Positions 37,254-47,400 of a stretch of 64,000 nt of DNA are shown here, in pieces. The DNA lies in assembly GCA_965238135.1 (NCBI GenBank), contig OZ250177.1, forward strand, positions 4,192,599 to 4,256,598. The letters are read 5' to 3'. Below the pieces are notes generated by a model. That model was not told where the DNA came from. It saw only the letters and a list, made by a program, of their open reading frames with translations, and did not search any database. This DNA comes from Candidatus Multivorans sp. GTDB taxonomy: Bacteria; Acidobacteriota; Thermoanaerobaculia; Multivoradales; Multivoraceae. Positions within the stretch are counted from its first letter, which is position 1, and every line of letters starts with the position of its first letter. A program made the translations under genes and the position numbers.

Positions 37254-40200
37254 GGTAATCGCACCTCAATGGTCACGGGGAAGGCCTGTGCCTTTCCCGC
37301 TAACGAGTGCCGCTTTGGAAGCAGGCGGTTGACGATCCGCTTCCGCTCACGCTCCAACTGGTCCCGCGCATCTTCGTAGTGCTGCCGCCGGCGTTCGATC
37401 TCCCGTTGCTTCTCCTGGATCGAACTGGCGAGCCGGTCGAGGCTGCTGCGCTGTTCGAAGAGCAGGCGTTGCTGCTGCTCGCGGCGGAGCTTGTCGATCT
37501 CGCGCTCCAGCCGCTTGAGGCTGGCCTGCTCGATCAGTTGGGAAACCTCGCCCTGGCGGCTCCGGTAGCGGTCGTTCTCCCGCTTCAGGGCGCTGTCGCC
37601 GTCGGTCCGCAACTGTGCGTGCAGCGAATCGGTGAGCTCGTCTGCGTGGCGCGCCGCCACCCCTTCGAGAGCGGCTTCGACGCTGAGGAAGATCTTCTGC
37701 GCCTGGTCCCGTTCTGCCGGCGTCGGCGCTGCGGCGTTGTCCGGGCACGACCCGGCGCCGGCGACGTACGCAGTGCTTGCCAGATTGCGTGCGGGAGCAT
37801 GGGCCATGGGCTCTTCCAGCACGCCGTCCCTCACCGGCAGGGTCAGCGTTCGCACCCAGTGGTGGAACGTTTCGCGGAGTTCGTTGACCGCGAGTTCCTC
37901 CAGACTGAGCAGGATGAGGGCGTCGAAACCGCGCGGCACGCCGCCGCGCCGGACCGTCCAGCGCGCCACCTGGCCCGAACCGGGCAGGCGCCGCATGGTG
38001 AGAACTCGCAGCGCGCGTTCGACCATCGGATGCGCCAGGTGCAGCAGTGCGACTTCGGGCCGCGGTGAGAACACGTCGCGTTCGCCGACCTGCTGTAGCA
38101 GCGAGTCGGGATCGAAGGCGAGGTGCTGCGTGGCACCGAGGACGCCGTCGGGGGACGGAAGCCGCAGCGATTCGTCGATCGTGTCGCGCCATCCCGGGAG
38201 GTCGGTGCGAAGCACGCGCCAGAAGTCGGCTTCGGTGCCCCGTTTCTGGGCGGCCGCGCTTCGAACCCGATCGACTTGAGGCCGGCCAACGTTGATCGCC
38301 ATCGCCGCTTCGAGCGTCTGCCGAAGTGCTGCGGGATCGAAGTCGATCTCGCTTGCCAGGTTCCTGAGGAGACCGGACGCGTTCTGGTCGTCTCCGTCGG
38401 GGCGCGGGAGATCTGGTTCACTGGGCGCCTGCCTCTTGTCGACATCGGTCTGCTCTGCGGCGGCGAAGAGCTCCGGAATCTGGTCTTGCACCCGGCGGAT
38501 CTCACGGGTCAGCTTGTGGTCCAGTTCGAACTGGACTCTCGAGAGGTCGGCTCCTTCGATCAAGCGCTTGTGGGCAGCGGTGTCGAACAGTTCGTTCACC
38601 GAGCCCAGATCCGCGCGGATTTCGTCCGCCTTGCGGATGACGTGGTCGAGGAACTTGAGGTCGGGGTCGTCGTCGCTGAGGAAGTGATGCACGGTCACGT
38701 CGCGGGCCTGGCCGTAGCGGTCGAGGCGGCCGTTCCGCTGTTCCAGGCGCGATGGGTTCCATGGACAGTCGTAGTGCAGTAGGTAGCGTGCGCTCCGGTG
38801 GAGGTTGAGTCCTTCGGAGGCTGCGTCGGTGGCGACGAGTATGCGTACGCTGGATTCCGGGGCATTGAACGCCTCCCGGACCCGGTTGCGTGCGGCGTCG
38901 TCCATTCCCCCAACGCCGCCTGAACCGAAGAGGGTCAGGATGCGGGCGCCGTCGGCCGGGTCGCCGTTGCCCGGGTCGTAGTGCTCTCGCAGGCGACGTT
39001 CAAGGTAGTCGAGGGTCGTCTTGTACTCGGTAAAGACAATGAGGCGTTCGTCGTCGCGAAAGCGGGTTGCGGCGTTGCCGCCGCCCGGGACGAGCAGAAG
39101 TTCCTCGATCAGGGCCGCGAGAGCGTCGAAGCGGGCGTCGACCTCCGGGTTCTGCTCAACTGTTGGAGGGCCGACCAGGTCGAAGCCGAGAGTTTCCAGG
39201 GCGTCGTCGATGGCAGCCATTTCGTGCTCCACGGCGCCCGCGACGTTGCGCAGCCACGCGCCGACGACGCCGGCGGCGGTGCCGGTGCGCTGCTCCGTTT
39301 CCCGGTCGTCGGAGCTCTCCCGCTCGACGGATCGCTTCGCCGCCGCGACATCGGCATCCGTGGTGCGGGCAGCCTCATCGGCTCGGGAGTAGCCGTCGCG
39401 CGCACGGCGCCAGGAGTCGGCGAACGCCGTCGGGCAGGACAGCAGACGCTTGCCCAGGATCTCGATCGCAAAGCTCCCGGCCCGTTCGCCCACTTCGCCG
39501 GCAGCGATGGTGCTGCGCACCGCCTTGCGGAAGGCGTCGAAGGCGTCGGACAGGGCGGCCTCGCGCCGGTCGCGGTCCAGGAGGAGAGGCTGAGGCTGGT
39601 TCCGTTTGCAGAATCGAGGTGCGGCGCTCTGTTGGTTCAGTTCCCGCTTCAAACGGCGGACCACCAGTTGGCCGATCCGCGCCCGCTGCCGGGCGGTCAG
39701 TTCGTCGGTCTGACTGACGCGCACGGGATCGAGAACCTCCAACAGGCCGGTGAACGAGCGCGTGTGCCCGTTGTGCGGCGTGGCGGACAGGAACAGTCGA
39801 TGTTCGAAGCAGGGAGCAACCTGCCGCAGCATCTGGCACAGCTCGCTGTCGTCGCCGAACGGTGACGGCATCAGGTTGTGGCACTCATCGACGATGAGCA
39901 GATCCCAGGGGAGACGGGGCGAGCCTTCCGGTGTTTGGCTGGCTGCCAGGAATTGCTCCTTGATGTCCGGCTGGCGAAGGTAGTGATAGGAGGCGATGAT
40001 GCGGCTGAACGAGCGCCAGGGACTCGCGTCGATGCCCAGTTCCCGGCGCAGTTGCTCGGTGCGCCCCCGGTCGACGATCTCGAACGGCAAGGCAAACTTG
40101 GTTTCGAGTTCGTCGCGCCACTGAAGGCGCAAGGCCGCTGGTACGAGGATCAGGACACGGCGAATGCGGCGGCGAAGCAGAAGCTCCTTGAGAATCAGTC

Positions 40201-40678
40201 CCGCCTCGACCGTCTTGCCCAGGCCGACATCGTCGGCGATCAGCAGGTTCACACGGGGCATCCGCAGCGCTTGCAGCAAGGGGACGAGCTGGTAGTCCTC
40301 TACCCGGATGCCGCTGTGTAGCGGACTCGATACGGGTTGACGATCGAGCGGGCCCTCGCCGTCGGGGTCGAGGTATGGCATGAGCGATGTCCAACGCGCA
40401 GCCCGCAGCAGGGCGTCGAAGTCATCGGCCGGCATGGGACCGGTCTCGTGGACCTGGGGCATCCGGCTCGGCTCGAGCAGCTCGCGTCCCGGTTCGAGTT
40501 CCCACAGGAGGCGCTCGCTGTGCGGCGAGTCGTGGTCCTTGTAAGCGACCTGTACCAGGTGGAGCCGGCCGGCTTCGCCGTCGTACGGATTGACGGCGGC
40601 GACGATGCCGCGGCGGTTGCGGACTCGGGCCAGCATGCCGACGCGTGGTACGTCGGTGGTTGTTTCAGTGTGGGGCAT
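37250..40678 (-). CDS. SNF2-family helicase (DISARM DrmD-like)
   Basis: LIADDVGLGKT (motif I), LLIVDECHNL (II), FLSATPHNG (III) and the SNF2 C-terminal helicase region. 1142 aa. Confidence 0.85.
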   Translation of the reverse strand: MPHTETTTDVPRVGMLARVRNRRGIVAAVNPYDGEAGRLHLVQVAYKDHDSPHSERLLWELEPGRELLEPSRMPQVHETGPMPADDFDALLRAARWTSLMPYLDPDGEGPLDRQPVSSPLHSGIRVEDYQLVPLLQALRMPRVNLLIADDVGLGKTVEAGLILKELLLRRRIRRVLILVPAALRLQWRDELETKFALPFEIVDRGRTEQLRRELGIDASPWRSFSRIIASYHYLRQPDIKEQFLAASQTPEGSPRLPWDLLIVDECHNLMPSPFGDDSELCQMLRQVAPCFEHRLFLSATPHNGHTRSFTGLLEVLDPVRVSQTDELTARQRARIGQLVVRRLKRELNQQSAAPRFCKRNQPQPLLLDRDRREAALSDAFDAFRKAVRSTIAAGEVGERAGSFAIEILGKRLLSCPTAFADSWRRARDGYSRADEAARTTDADVAAAKRSVERESSDDRETEQRTGTAAGVVGAWLRNVAGAVEHEMAAIDDALETLGFDLVGPPTVEQNPEVDARFDALAALIEELLLVPGGGNAATRFRDDERLIVFTEYKTTLDYLERRLREHYDPGNGDPADGARILTLFGSGGVGGMDDAARNRVREAFNAPESSVRILVATDAASEGLNLHRSARYLLHYDCPWNPSRLEQRNGRLDRYGQARDVTVHHFLSDDDPDLKFLDHVIRKADEIRADLGSVNELFDTAAHKRLIEGADLSRVQFELDHKLTREIRRVQDQIPELFAAAEQTDVDKRQAPSEPDLPRPDGDDQNASGLLRNLASEIDFDPAALRQTLEAAMAINVGRPQVDRVRSAAAQKRGTEADFWRVLRTDLPGWRDTIDESLRLPSPDGVLGATQHLAFDPDSLLQQVGERDVFSPRPEVALLHLAHPMVERALRVLTMRRLPGSGQVARWTVRRGGVPRGFDALILLSLEELAVNELRETFHHWVRTLTLPVRDGVLEEPMAHAPARNLASTAYVAGAGSCPDNAAAPTPAERDQAQKIFLSVEAALEGVAARHADELTDSLHAQLRTDGDSALKRENDRYRSRQGEVSQLIEQASLKRLEREIDKLRREQQQRLLFEQRSSLDRLASSIQEKQREIERRRQHYEDARDQLERERKRIVNRLLPKRHSLAGKAQAFPVTIEVRLP

Positions 40679-40795
40679 TCCTTCTGTGGCCGGCCCGGCT
40701 GGTGGCGTCGCCGCCGGTCCGGATGTTCGGTTCGACGGCGGCGGGATGTTGTCCTTTTGGAAGGGGGGAGTGTATGCCTGCCGCCAGGTTGTCGC

Positions 40796-40861
40796 CTCCG
40801 ACTCCGAGATTTCAGCGCTCCGACTCCGAGATTTCAGGCTCCAGACTCCGAGATTTCAAGG
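40796..40861 (+). repeat. 3 x 22-bp tandem direct repeat CTCCGACTCCGAGATTTCAG(NN) in the 180-bp region upstream of the SNF2 gene
   Basis: Read directly. The third unit has a 1-nt insertion and overlaps the last codons of the GT2 gene. Confidence 0.7.
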
Positions 40862-43144
40862 TCCTGGGGCGCGGCGACGGAACATCGTCGCGCCGATCAG
40901 CAGCACAGCCGCCGCCGCGTACGGCAGCGCCAGCAGGCGGATCATCACGGGCACGTGCGCCTGGGTGTGCGCGAAGAAGACGGCGTACCAGGCGGGGACG
41001 GACCAGCCGGCGGCGAGGATGCCGGCCCAGCGCCAGGGGTCTTCGAGGGTCCACCAGCGGCGCAGGACGTAGACGGTGGCGGCGGCGAGCGTGGCGGCTG
41101 TGGCGCCGATCAGGATGAGGGCAAGCAGATCCGAGCCGAGGCCGACGGTGCCGAGGTGGTCGCCAACTCTCTCGAGGGTCCGTTCGAGGGTCGGCCGGCT
41201 GGCGAAGAAGGGATCGATGTCCGGGTGGATCGAACTGCGCGGGGCGCCGTAGAGCCGGTGGGTGAGCTGGTCCCAGAACTTGAACAGGACGGGTTCGCGG
41301 AACACGAGCTCGGCGAGGAGGACCCGCAGCAGGAAGACGGCGGCGAGGCAGCCGACGTAGGCGCCGGCGCAGCGGATCAGCAGCCGGCGGCGCCAGGTCC
41401 GCGAATCGCCGGGGTGGCCGGACGGTTCGGCGGCGTGGTCAGGGGCCGGCGGCGGGGCGATCGCAAGAGCCACAAGCAGGACGGAGAGCCCGATCAGGGC
41501 GCTGCCGAACAGGAGTTCGTGGTAGGCGATCAGGGCGCCGAAGGCGGCAAAGAGAACGATCTGGAGGCTTGGCCGCCAGTGCGCGATACGGAGTCTCGGC
41601 ACGGCGAGGAACAGGCCGACCGTCAGCACGTTCGAGGCGCCGGCGGTGAAGCTGCCGGCGCGGTCGTCGAGGTCGAGGAAGAGCAGGAGGCTGCCGAAGA
41701 GCGCGGCAAGCGCAACGGCCTGGAACAGGGTCTGGCGCCTCACGAGTGGGTTCGGCGTCACACCTGGGGTGGGCGGGAGACCGAGTCTTTGCCGGAGGCT
41801 GGCTGGACGCGCGGGTTCCCAGGCCGGAGGCAGGGTGGCTATCGCTGTCGCGATGATCAGGGCGCCGGCGAGTCCGAGGCCCAGCAGACCGAACGTCAAC
41901 ACCCGCAGCCGCTGCCGCAGTCCCTCGACGCCGACTCGGGGCAGCAGCCATTGCAGCATGACGCGCTGGCCGGCCCAGTACTGGTGGTAGAAGACGGTCA
42001 GGTAGTCGGAGTCGTCGACGGCGCCCTGGTCGAGGCGTTGCTTGAGCGCGTCGCAGGGGCGCTGCGGGCGCGTGTAGCGGTACACGCGGCGGCCGGAGAC
42101 GGTCAGTTCCAGGGTCGAACCGCCGCGGTCGAGGGCCATCAGGCTGAGCAGGCAGTCGTTGAAGCTCTCGCGCGAGTCTCCGATCGTGCGTCCCGGCTGT
42201 TCGTAGGAGGCGCGCAACGCTTCGGCCACCGGCGCCGGATCGGCGCGGACGGCGAGCCAGTTCAGCGCCAGGAAGACTGCGGTGGCCACGACGGTGACGG
42301 TGGCGACCAGGGCGGTGGCGCGGAGCGGCCCCAGGCGTGCGGAGTGCGGGCTGGAAGTCCGCGGGGAAGAGAACAACGCACGCAGGATCCGGAAGCCGTC
42401 GCGGAACGCCCTCAGTTTGCTCGTCGATCCTTCCGGCCGGGCGAAGTAGGGGCAATGGACTTCATCCCAGGCGAGGTCCGAGGACGCGGCGAACAGGGTC
42501 AGCTCGGTCTCGATCTCGAATCCGTTCGACCGCGCCGGGAAGTGGTCCACGAAGCGGCGCGAGAAGGCCCGGTAGCCGGACAGAAGGTCATGGACCTGGG
42601 GGCCGCAGCGCCAGCGGGCGAGGGCGGTGAAGAGGCGGTTGCCGAGGCGGCGCAGCGGGGTGTAGGCGTGCGCGTCGGCGCGTTTGCGGGCCGCCACGAG
42701 CATGTCGAGGTCACGCTCCTGGAGCGTCGAAACAAGGTGGCCGGCGCTCTCGGCGTCGTAGGTGCCGTCGCCGTCGGCCATCAGGTAGATGTCCGCGTCC
42801 ACCTCGCGGAACAGGCGGCGGATCGCCAGGCCCTTGCCGCGCCGGGGTTCGGCGATGACGGTCGCTCCGGCGGCCGCGGCAGCATCGGCGGTGCCGTCGT
42901 CCGAACCGTTGTCGCAGACGTAGACCGTCGCCTCGGGCAGAGCCAGCCGGAACGCAGCCACGACGTCGGCGATGGTCTCCTGCTCGTTCAGGCAGGGGAG
43001 GAGGACGGCGATGCGGGTGGGGTTCAGGGTGCGTCGCCGCCTGCGGTGGGCTCTGCTTGCCTGCCGGCTGCCGGGCCGAGCGCGAACAGGTGTTCCCGGC
43101 TCCTGATGTAGAGCCGGTCGCCGACGATTGCCGGCGTCGCCCAC
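40856..43144 (-). CDS. Family-2 glycosyltransferase fused to a C-terminal polytopic membrane domain
   Basis: IAVLLPCLNEQETIADVV...VYVCDNGSDDGT...RGKGLAIR...MADGDGTYD is the GT2 (DPM1-like) core. The true start is probably near 43020 (just upstream of TRIAVLLP), because the listed start overlaps the upstream gene by 120 bp. Confidence 0.65.
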   Translation of the reverse strand: MGDAGNRRRPALHQEPGTPVRARPGSRQASRAHRRRRRTLNPTRIAVLLPCLNEQETIADVVAAFRLALPEATVYVCDNGSDDGTADAAAAAGATVIAEPRRGKGLAIRRLFREVDADIYLMADGDGTYDAESAGHLVSTLQERDLDMLVAARKRADAHAYTPLRRLGNRLFTALARWRCGPQVHDLLSGYRAFSRRFVDHFPARSNGFEIETELTLFAASSDLAWDEVHCPYFARPEGSTSKLRAFRDGFRILRALFSSPRTSSPHSARLGPLRATALVATVTVVATAVFLALNWLAVRADPAPVAEALRASYEQPGRTIGDSRESFNDCLLSLMALDRGGSTLELTVSGRRVYRYTRPQRPCDALKQRLDQGAVDDSDYLTVFYHQYWAGQRVMLQWLLPRVGVEGLRQRLRVLTFGLLGLGLAGALIIATAIATLPPAWEPARPASLRQRLGLPPTPGVTPNPLVRRQTLFQAVALAALFGSLLLFLDLDDRAGSFTAGASNVLTVGLFLAVPRLRIAHWRPSLQIVLFAAFGALIAYHELLFGSALIGLSVLLVALAIAPPPAPDHAAEPSGHPGDSRTWRRRLLIRCAGAYVGCLAAVFLLRVLLAELVFREPVLFKFWDQLTHRLYGAPRSSIHPDIDPFFASRPTLERTLERVGDHLGTVGLGSDLLALILIGATAATLAAATVYVLRRWWTLEDPWRWAGILAAGWSVPAWYAVFFAHTQAHVPVMIRLLALPYAAAAVLLIGATMFRRRAPGP

Positions 43145-44421
43145 ACCGACTCGCCGAGTGAGAAGCTGCCGAGCACTTCGTGCGTCCTGCCGGCGCGCAT
43201 GATCGCGATGTCGCCGTCGGTGTTGGCCATCAGGATGCGGCCGCCGCCGCCGACCATGGAGGCGGAGTAGCGGCCGCGGATCGGCAGCCGGCCCCCTTCG
43301 TAGACGACCTTGCCGGTGCGGGCGTCGAGGCAGGTGATCACGCCGCCGTCGTTGGTCAGGTAGAGCAATCCGTCGTAGAGCAGGTTCGAAGGCACATAGC
43401 CGGTGCCCTTGCGGTAGGTCCAGACCCGCGCGTCGCTGCCGGTCAGGTCGCCCCGGCTGTCGAGGCGGATCGCGAACACCAACTTGCCGGGAAAGCCGGA
43501 GCTGAACACCGCCAGGTCGCCGACCGTCATCGGAAGGTGGACCGCGTTGTTCAGTAGACCCCGGGCGCGCCAGAGCTCGCGGCCGTCGGCGGGGTCGTAG
43601 GAGATGACGAACTCGTTGCCGCTGGTCAGCAACTGGCTCTGACCGTTGTGTTCGACCACGATCGGCGTGGTCCAGCTCGCCTGCACCGGCCGCTTGCGCT
43701 TCCAGACCTCCTCGCCGGTCAAAGCATCGAGCGCGACGATGAAGGAGTCGTCGCCGCTGTCCTCGTCGGCCTGAATGACGAGCAGGCCATGGGCGAGCAC
43801 GGGCGACGTGCCGACGCCGAGGCCCACCGTCTTGATGTCGCCGATGTCACGCTGCCATGCGGGCTCGCCGTCCACGGCGTAGGCGTAGACGCCCTCCGAG
43901 CCGAAGTAGGCATACACGCGCTCGCCGTCGGTTGCCGGTGTCGGCGAGGCGTAGGACGAGTTGGAGTGACGGTCGTCGAAGACGCGGCCCGCGTAGGCCG
44001 TGTGCGACCACAGAGCTTTGCCGGTGTCGGCGTCGAGCGCTATCACCTTCATCGTGTGGTGGCGGTTGCCGTCTGTTGCCTGGGGGTGGCGGAAGGGCTG
44101 GCCGCCGAAGGTGTGGTCGGGGGCGGCAGCGCCGGGGATCACATGGCCTGTGATCGCCGTGGTCAGGAACACGCGACCGCCCGAGATCACGGGCGAGGAG
44201 TGGCCTCGGCCCTCAACCTTTGTCTTCCAGAGCAGGTTGCGATCGATGTCGAGGTCGGCTGCCGGGCCCGGGCCGGAGCGTGCGATGCCGCTGCCGTCGG
44301 CGCCGCGAAAGCCGGTCCAGTCGTTGGCGTCGCTTCCGCCCGGCAGCGACGACGACACAAGGACGCCTGCGACCAGCGCCGCCGCGACGATCCCGAGGTT
44401 CTGCGAGGGGTTGCTCTTCAT
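43024..44421 (-). CDS. Secreted PQQ-repeat beta-propeller protein
   Basis: Signal peptide followed by repeated PQQ/WD-like blades (GRVFLTT..., ALDADTGKALW..., ALDALTGEEVW..., CLDARTGKVVY...). Confidence 0.75.
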   Translation of the reverse strand: MKSNPSQNLGIVAAALVAGVLVSSSLPGGSDANDWTGFRGADGSGIARSGPGPAADLDIDRNLLWKTKVEGRGHSSPVISGGRVFLTTAITGHVIPGAAAPDHTFGGQPFRHPQATDGNRHHTMKVIALDADTGKALWSHTAYAGRVFDDRHSNSSYASPTPATDGERVYAYFGSEGVYAYAVDGEPAWQRDIGDIKTVGLGVGTSPVLAHGLLVIQADEDSGDDSFIVALDALTGEEVWKRKRPVQASWTTPIVVEHNGQSQLLTSGNEFVISYDPADGRELWRARGLLNNAVHLPMTVGDLAVFSSGFPGKLVFAIRLDSRGDLTGSDARVWTYRKGTGYVPSNLLYDGLLYLTNDGGVITCLDARTGKVVYEGGRLPIRGRYSASMVGGGGRILMANTDGDIAIMRAGRTHEVLGSFSLGESVWATPAIVGDRLYIRSREHLFALGPAAGRQAEPTAGGDAP

Positions 44422-44425
44422 GCCC

Positions 44426-47400
44426 TCACTCCTGCTCGGTCTTGATCGGATCGGCGGGTCGGCCGGGCAGGGTGCGCGGATCCTCGGCCAGTTTCTCGAG
44501 CAGCAGGTCGACTGCCTTCTCGAGCTGCGGATCCCGGCCGTCCAGGAGATCGCGAGGCAGGTTCGTGACCTCGAAGTCCGGCTCTACACCGTAACCCTCG
44601 ATCACCCAGTTGCCTTCCGGGTCGGCGGAACCGGCCTCGGGCACGTTGACCGAGCCGCCGTCGATCAAGGGCGCGCGGCCGTAGATGCCGACCACGCCGC
44701 CCCAGCTTCGCTTGCCGACGATGGCCCCTAGGCCGGCGCGGCGGAACTGGTAGGCGAACTGGTCGCCGTCCGAGGCGGTGTCCTCGTCGATCACGCACAC
44801 GAGATAGCCGTGGAAGACGCCGCCCGGGGAGGTGTCGACCGAGTCGCGGTTGCGCTCGAAGTCGAGCATCAGGGTCTCGCGGCGCAGGCGCTCGATGATC
44901 ATCGGCGATACGTTGCCGCCGCCGTTCGAGCGCACGTCGACGACCATGGCCTCCTTGCGCACCTGGCCGTAGTACCACTTGATCCACTCGCGGATGCCGT
45001 CCGCCGACATGTCCGGGATGTGGAGATAGCCGATCCGCCCCTCGCCGCGCTCGGCGACGATGCGGCGGCTGCGCTCGGTCCAGGCCAGGTAGATGAGGGC
45101 GTCTTCGCTCGAGATCGGGTCTACCAGGACGTTCCGGGTTTCGGTGCGGTCGGCGCTTGAGCCGACTGTGAGTTCCACCGGTCCCCGTCCTGCCTCACGC
45201 AGGAGCTGGAACGGGTTTCCGGTCGCGCCGAGCTCGCGGCCGTTGATCGTGAACACGTAGTCGCCTTCCTCTACGCCGACGCCGATTTCGGTCAGGGGCG
45301 AGCGGTATCGCGGCTCCTCGTTCTGGCCCTCGAAGATGCGAGCGATGCGGTAGCGCCCGGCGTCGGGATCGAGTTCGAAGCGGGCGCCGAGCAGGGCGGC
45401 CCGCGGCCGGTCCGGGACCTCGTAGTCGCCGCCGGTGACGTAGGCGTGGGAGACGTTCAGTTCGGCGACCATCTCACTCATCACATAGTTCAGATCGCTT
45501 CGGTGGCCGACATGAGCTAGCAGGGGACGGTACTGCTCGCGCAGCGCCTCCCAGTCGTAGCCGTGCATGTTCGGCGCGTAGAAGAAATCGCGGAAGCGGC
45601 GCCACACCTCGTCGAAGATCTGCGCCCACTCCTCGGTCGGCACCCGGTCGACGACCAGACCGGCGAGGGAGAGGGTCTTGGCGTCGTCGCCGCCGACGTC
45701 GAGGAGCCGGAACGATCTGCCCTCGCCGACCAGCAGTTTCTTGCCGTCGCGGGACAACTCGAGGCTGCCGATTCCCTTCGCCAGGCTCTTGCCCTCGCGC
45801 TTCTTGAGGTCGTACGAGAAGACCTCGGTCTGAACGTCGGATGAGCGCCCCAGGTAGCCGGCGCCGGTGCGGACGTAGAACAGCTTGCCTTCGGCCGCGC
45901 CGAGGCCGCCGTAGTTGTCGGCCTCGAGTGGGAAGCGGGCGACGCGGCCCGCCAGACCGTCGAGGTCGATGCGGTCGCGGGCTTCCTCGTCCTCGGCGTC
46001 GCCGTCGTCATCGTCATCGTCGGCGTGCTCAGCATCCTCGTCGCCGTTCCCGTGCTCGCCGTCTTCGTCTTCGTCTTCATCGTCGTCTTCGATCTCGACT
46101 TCGTCGCTCCGCGGTGGGAAGGGGTGGGGCGTGTCCTCGCGCAGGGCGAGCGCGTAGATCCAGGTCTCGCGGTCGGCGGCGTAGTTGTACTCGAAACTCC
46201 CGATCTGCGGCTGGAACTGCCGGTCGGACAGGAAATAGAGGTAATCCCCGCCGGGCTCGAAGACGGGGAAGAAGTCGTTCCACATCTCCGATGTCACCCG
46301 GGTCATGGTCCGGGTCTCGACCTCGAACAGGTGGATCGAGCTGAACTCGTTCTCGTCGCCGAGTTCGACTGCCAGGAAGTCGCCGCCGGGCGACCAGTCG
46401 TAGGCGGTGCCGAAGGGGCGCGGATCGTCGGCGACCTCAATCACCTCGCGCGCTCCGGTCGTGGCACCGGCGTCGACGATTCCCAGCCGCCCCTGCTGGT
46501 CGACGAAGGCGATGCGGTCGCTCCCCGGCGACCACAGCAGGTTGTTGTAGTGGCGGCCGACGCTGTCCTCCGTGAGCTGAACCGGTTCGCCGCTGCCGTC
46601 CTGGTCGACCGTCCAGATCTCGGTCTCGCCGCTCTGGTCGGAGACGAAGGCGATGCGCCGGCCGTCGGGCGACCAGGCGGGATCGCGGTCGTTGGCGCCG
46701 GAAGTGCGGGTCAGGTTGCGGGTGGGACCGTGCTCGATCGGGACGCTGAAGATGTCGCCGCGGGCTGAGAAGGCGGCCCGCTTCGCCTTGGGGCTGAGCG
46801 AGAAGCCGGAGACCTGGCCGGCCGCCGAGACCCGGCTAGGCCGGCGTGCGAGCTGATCCGTCGGCACGTGGATCGGGACCGGGCGCGCCGCCGCGGATGC
46901 GAGATCGAAGACCTCGAGCGATCCGGCCTTCTCGTACACGATCCGCCGGTTCGCCTTGTCCGCGCTCGGCCAGCGCACGTCCCACTGGTCCTCGTGCGTG
47001 AGTTGGGCGAGGTCGCCTGAGTCGACATCGTAGGAGTACAGGTTCAGGGTGCCGTCGCGGTCGGAGGAGAAGTAGATCGTGTCGTCGATCCACATCGGGT
47101 CGCGGTCCGAGCGGCGGTGGTTGGTGACCTGGACGGACTCGAGGCTGTCGAGGTCGAGGATCCACAGATCCTGCGCCCAGCCGCCCTCGTAGCGCTTCCA
47201 GTGCCTGAAGTCGCGGGTGACCGGCGAGTAGACGACGCGCCGGGCGTCGGGTGAGAGGTCGCCGCCGCCCGACTCGGGCATCGGCAGCGCCCGGGGCAAT
47301 TCCCCGGCGGTGTCGACCAGGAACAGCTTCGTGTCGCCCAGGTCCCAGCCGTCCCGCAGCGACCGGAACAGCACGGACTTGCCGTCGGGCGACCAGCCGT

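Noticed and set aside
36620-37269. N-terminal 215 aa of the 1829-aa methylase ORF (MRCDYLEPPP...)
   Set aside because: Arg/Pro/Ala-rich low-complexity antisense-type translation. The genuine N-terminal domain is in the 36588-37253 frame, implying a frameshift rather than this start.
40796-40861. Possible CRISPR array
   Set aside because: Only three directly abutting 22-bp units with no spacers. No cas genes. This is a simple tandem repeat.
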